Below, one piece after another: positions 61,585 to 64,000 of a stretch of 64,000 nucleotides of DNA (its first letter is position 1; the number at the start of each line of letters is the position of its first letter). The stretch is from Vitrella brassicaformis CCMP3155. Its lineage: Eukaryota > Protista > Chromerida. The position numbers were made by a program, and so were the translations under genes. The stretch is from contig CDMY01000457.1 in the NCBI GenBank assembly GCA_001179505.1, positions 9,347 to 73,346 of the forward strand. Reading direction: 5' to 3'. The notes below the pieces were generated by a model. It saw only the letters and a program-made list of their open reading frames with translations. It was not told the origin of the DNA and ran no database searches.

Positions 61585-61705
61585 CCACTTGACGTGTGCG
61601 TCCTACCTTCTCGATGGTGGATGCGGAGTCACGAGGAAACTACGCCGACAAATAAAAATAAAATGTAGGCAACGATCCTGAGACCTGACACCGACACACA
61701 TGATT
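61585..61705 (-). repeat. Exon-like cassette copy 2
   Basis: cccacttgacgtgtgcgtcctaccttctcgatg...gcggagtcacgaggaaa...aaaatgtaggcaacgatcctgagacctgaca shared with copy 1. Confidence 0.9.
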
Positions 61706-61749
61706 CGTTTGCCCGTGTGTGTGTCTTTCTGCGTTCCTCCTTGTGATAT

Positions 61750-63587
61750 TTACTCTATACCTGTCTCTCACTGCAGGATGTCGACACGGATGCGATGTCC
61801 CCCAGCGATGCCCTCTCCCCCTCATCCGGACTCATTCCCCCCTCTATCAGCAGCTTGGCCATCTTGAGATCCTTGACGGCATCCAGGCTTCCTGCCTCGC
61901 CACGCTGTTGCTCCCATTGCAGGCGCCTCTGAACAGCACCCAGCAGCCACTTGTGGCAGTATGCCGGGCCGCTCCCAGAGAGCGCCTGCATGGAAGCGAG
62001 GGCGTTTATCTCCCCCTCCACCTTCGCACGAAGTGTCCGTCGTAGAGCGCCCGGCCGTCGGTGCTCTCGACAAAGAACGCCCCCGCCTCCCCGTAGATCT
62101 CTGTGTTGGCGGTGCTGCCATCGGGGTGGTCCACATGGGGGGCGATCAGCAGGGCAGCCGACAGCGAGCAGACGGGGTACGTGTCTGCGGCCTCGCTGAA
62201 TGGCAGGCGGAGGGCGAGGGTTGGCGCCACGGTCGTGCTGCTGCTGGTGGCAGTGCGGCTGATGAAGGCCTCGATGGTGGCTGCGACCTTTCTGAGTGGC
62301 AGCAGGGTCGGCATGCGGGGCCGGCACTGGGGCGAGGTCGACGTCACGTGGCGTCGACGGCAGGGAGGGAAGCGGCTGGTGTGTCTCCGACCGACGCCTC
62401 GCCATCACAAAGTCAATCCACTGATCGCGCAGCCGTACTCAGTATGCGTGCGGAGACACGAGGGAAAATAGCCGATAGATATAAGATATAGGCAACGATC
62501 CTGAGACCTGACACCGACACACATGATTTGTTTGTCCAATTTATCTGTGTTTCTGCCCGCAAGATGCGTTGCAGGTACCTGCGTCTCACTAAGGGGTGAC
62601 TGGGAGGCCGTCCACTCCCGCCACTCCCTTGATGGCCTCGTTGGCCTCCGCCTCCGCCCTCAGTCGCCCGCTGATCAACGCCCTCGTCGCCTCAGTTGCC
62701 TGATGGCGTTGGGTAGCACTCCCTTCAGCATCACCCGACGGCCGTCACAGTGGCCCTCGATGAGGCAGTACTGGGCCTCTCTTTTCTTGTCTGGGAGCCG
62801 GACCATGTAGCGGCCAGCCGGGCGGAAAGCCGCCAGGCTGGCGCGCGACGCCTGCGACATGGCCGCGGGTGACGCTGTCTGGGCTGCTGGTACTGCCTGT
62901 GAGGGAGGGGAGGAGCGCCAGGGGCATCTGCGGCGATGAGCCGTCCGACGCCTCACCTTGACCGGCAGCCGTGGATGGTGGCGAGGGGCTGCCTGGCTCC
63001 TCCTAACGCGCCGCTAAGCCTTGGCATCGCTCAAACAAACGACCTGACGATCGAGACCAACACACACACAGCAAACAGCACAATGATCGGTCAGGTCAGA
63101 CATTACCCAGACGTCCCTCTGTCTGCCATGCCCTTCGTGTGTGCCCCGTTACCCACTCACCATCTTCGACAAGTCCTACGCACTCCACCTCACGCACACC
63201 CTCATGCACTATGCCGTCCTGCCCGTCGACGGCTCCCCCCCTCCCCCGCCTCCCTGTCACCCTCCTCCTCACCACCACCGCTCTCCTCCTCGTCATCGTC
63301 CTCCTCTCCCTCCTCGCTCTCGTCCTCCTGGTGGCCGGTGCAGGCCTTTGGTCGCCTGCTACTGGCCGCAGCTGAGGCAGGTTGGAAAGCGCGCCTGGTG
63401 TGGGCGGCTGGCGTCCGCCAAACATAGGGCGCAGGGCGCGCTGCTGCTGCTGGGGCGGTCGCCACAATTGAGGCCGTCGGGCGTGCGATACAGACACCCC
63501 TCCCACTCCCCGCTGAAAGCCACTAGGTGGCTCAGCCCGACTCGTTCCCTCCCTAGGCAGTTGCGCAATGTTGGGGCGATAATTCAC
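61750..63587 (-). pseudogene. Fragmented minus-strand ORFs (Pro-rich start, acidic tract, short kinase-N-lobe-like pieces) with several frame switches
   Basis: MNYRPNIAQ..., GHQEDESEEGEEDDDEEE, GRRVMLKGVLPNA, VAATIEAFISR..., AKVEGEINALASMQALSGSGPAY lie in different frames; splice signals are present. Confidence 0.35.
62445..62540 (-). repeat. Exon-like cassette copy 3 (more diverged)
   Basis: gatataagatataggcaacgatcctgagacctgacaccgacacacatgatt shared with copy 2. Confidence 0.85.
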
Positions 63588-64000
63588 CGTCGTTGCTGCG
63601 GTGGTGGTCTCGGCGCGCTGCTGCTGCTGAAGGCCCGCCCTCGATTCTGATAGCCGATAGCCAGAGTAGATGGGCGGCCTGTTGGTGCTGCTGTAGGGGG
63701 CTGGCTGAAGCGCTGTGGCTGCCAGTGGTTCCCCCGTGTGTGTGGCGGGCGGCGAGCCCTGACCGTGTTGCCACGGACTCGCCTTTCCCAGCCCTTATCG
63801 AGCGACCGACCGACCAGCCGACTGAGCTCCGCCCTCCTGGCCTCGTCGAGGTACCTGATGATACCTGATGGTGTTGGCCACGACGCTCTGCACACATACG
63901 CATCCCCACACAGAGAGATTGCCATGGAGGTGATGTGGTTGGTTGGTTGGTTGGTTGCTGCGCATCCCTCAGACAGGCAGGGCGCACCATGTTTTGGCAG

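Noticed and set aside
59685-62540. CRISPR-like array from recurring repeats
   Set aside because: Eukaryotic context, spacing of 0.8-1.9 kb, diverged copies and no cas genes.
1-64000. rRNA, tRNA or snRNA genes, retrotransposon RT/integrase, or viral genes
   Set aside because: No T-loop/cloverleaf, rRNA signature or RT/integrase motifs recognised by eye; a covariance-model search (tRNAscan/Infernal) would be needed to exclude them fully.

Overview
Intron-rich, GC-rich eukaryotic genomic DNA. It is most consistent with a chromerid alveolate such as Vitrella brassicaformis; this is inferred from short introns filled with (TG)n/(CA)n/(GGAT)n microsatellites, ...gtgtgcag acceptors and lineage-type 'NDPPV/HDPPV' family genes, not from a database search. 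There are about 15 spliced genes and three 300-N scaffold gaps. Recognisable conserved genes are NPL4-like (partial), a double-domain adenylate kinase (AK8-like), an inward-rectifier K+ channel, RRP5, a very large SRPK-like kinase, an HSL-type alpha/beta hydrolase, a giant LRR/coiled-coil/RING protein, an RRM + USP-fold protein, a VPS10/sortilin receptor and a HAD-like protein. Accessory zones at about 2-12.6 kb and 59.6-64 kb contain frameshifted kinase-like ORFs, duplicated gene pieces and a recurring acceptor-linked 22-nt motif/exon cassette. The most notable observations are: a pseudo-deubiquitinase fused to an RRM and His/Gly-rich low-complexity region; a hydrolase lacking the canonical nucleophile serine; a Kir channel with an AVGYG filter, head-to-head with the adenylate kinase; two otherwise dissimilar genes 36 kb apart sharing the same 5' module; and an apparently portable exon cassette found in up to seven copies. 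No rRNA, tRNA, CRISPR array or intact transposase was recognised. Exon boundaries were read by eye and are approximate unless stated.
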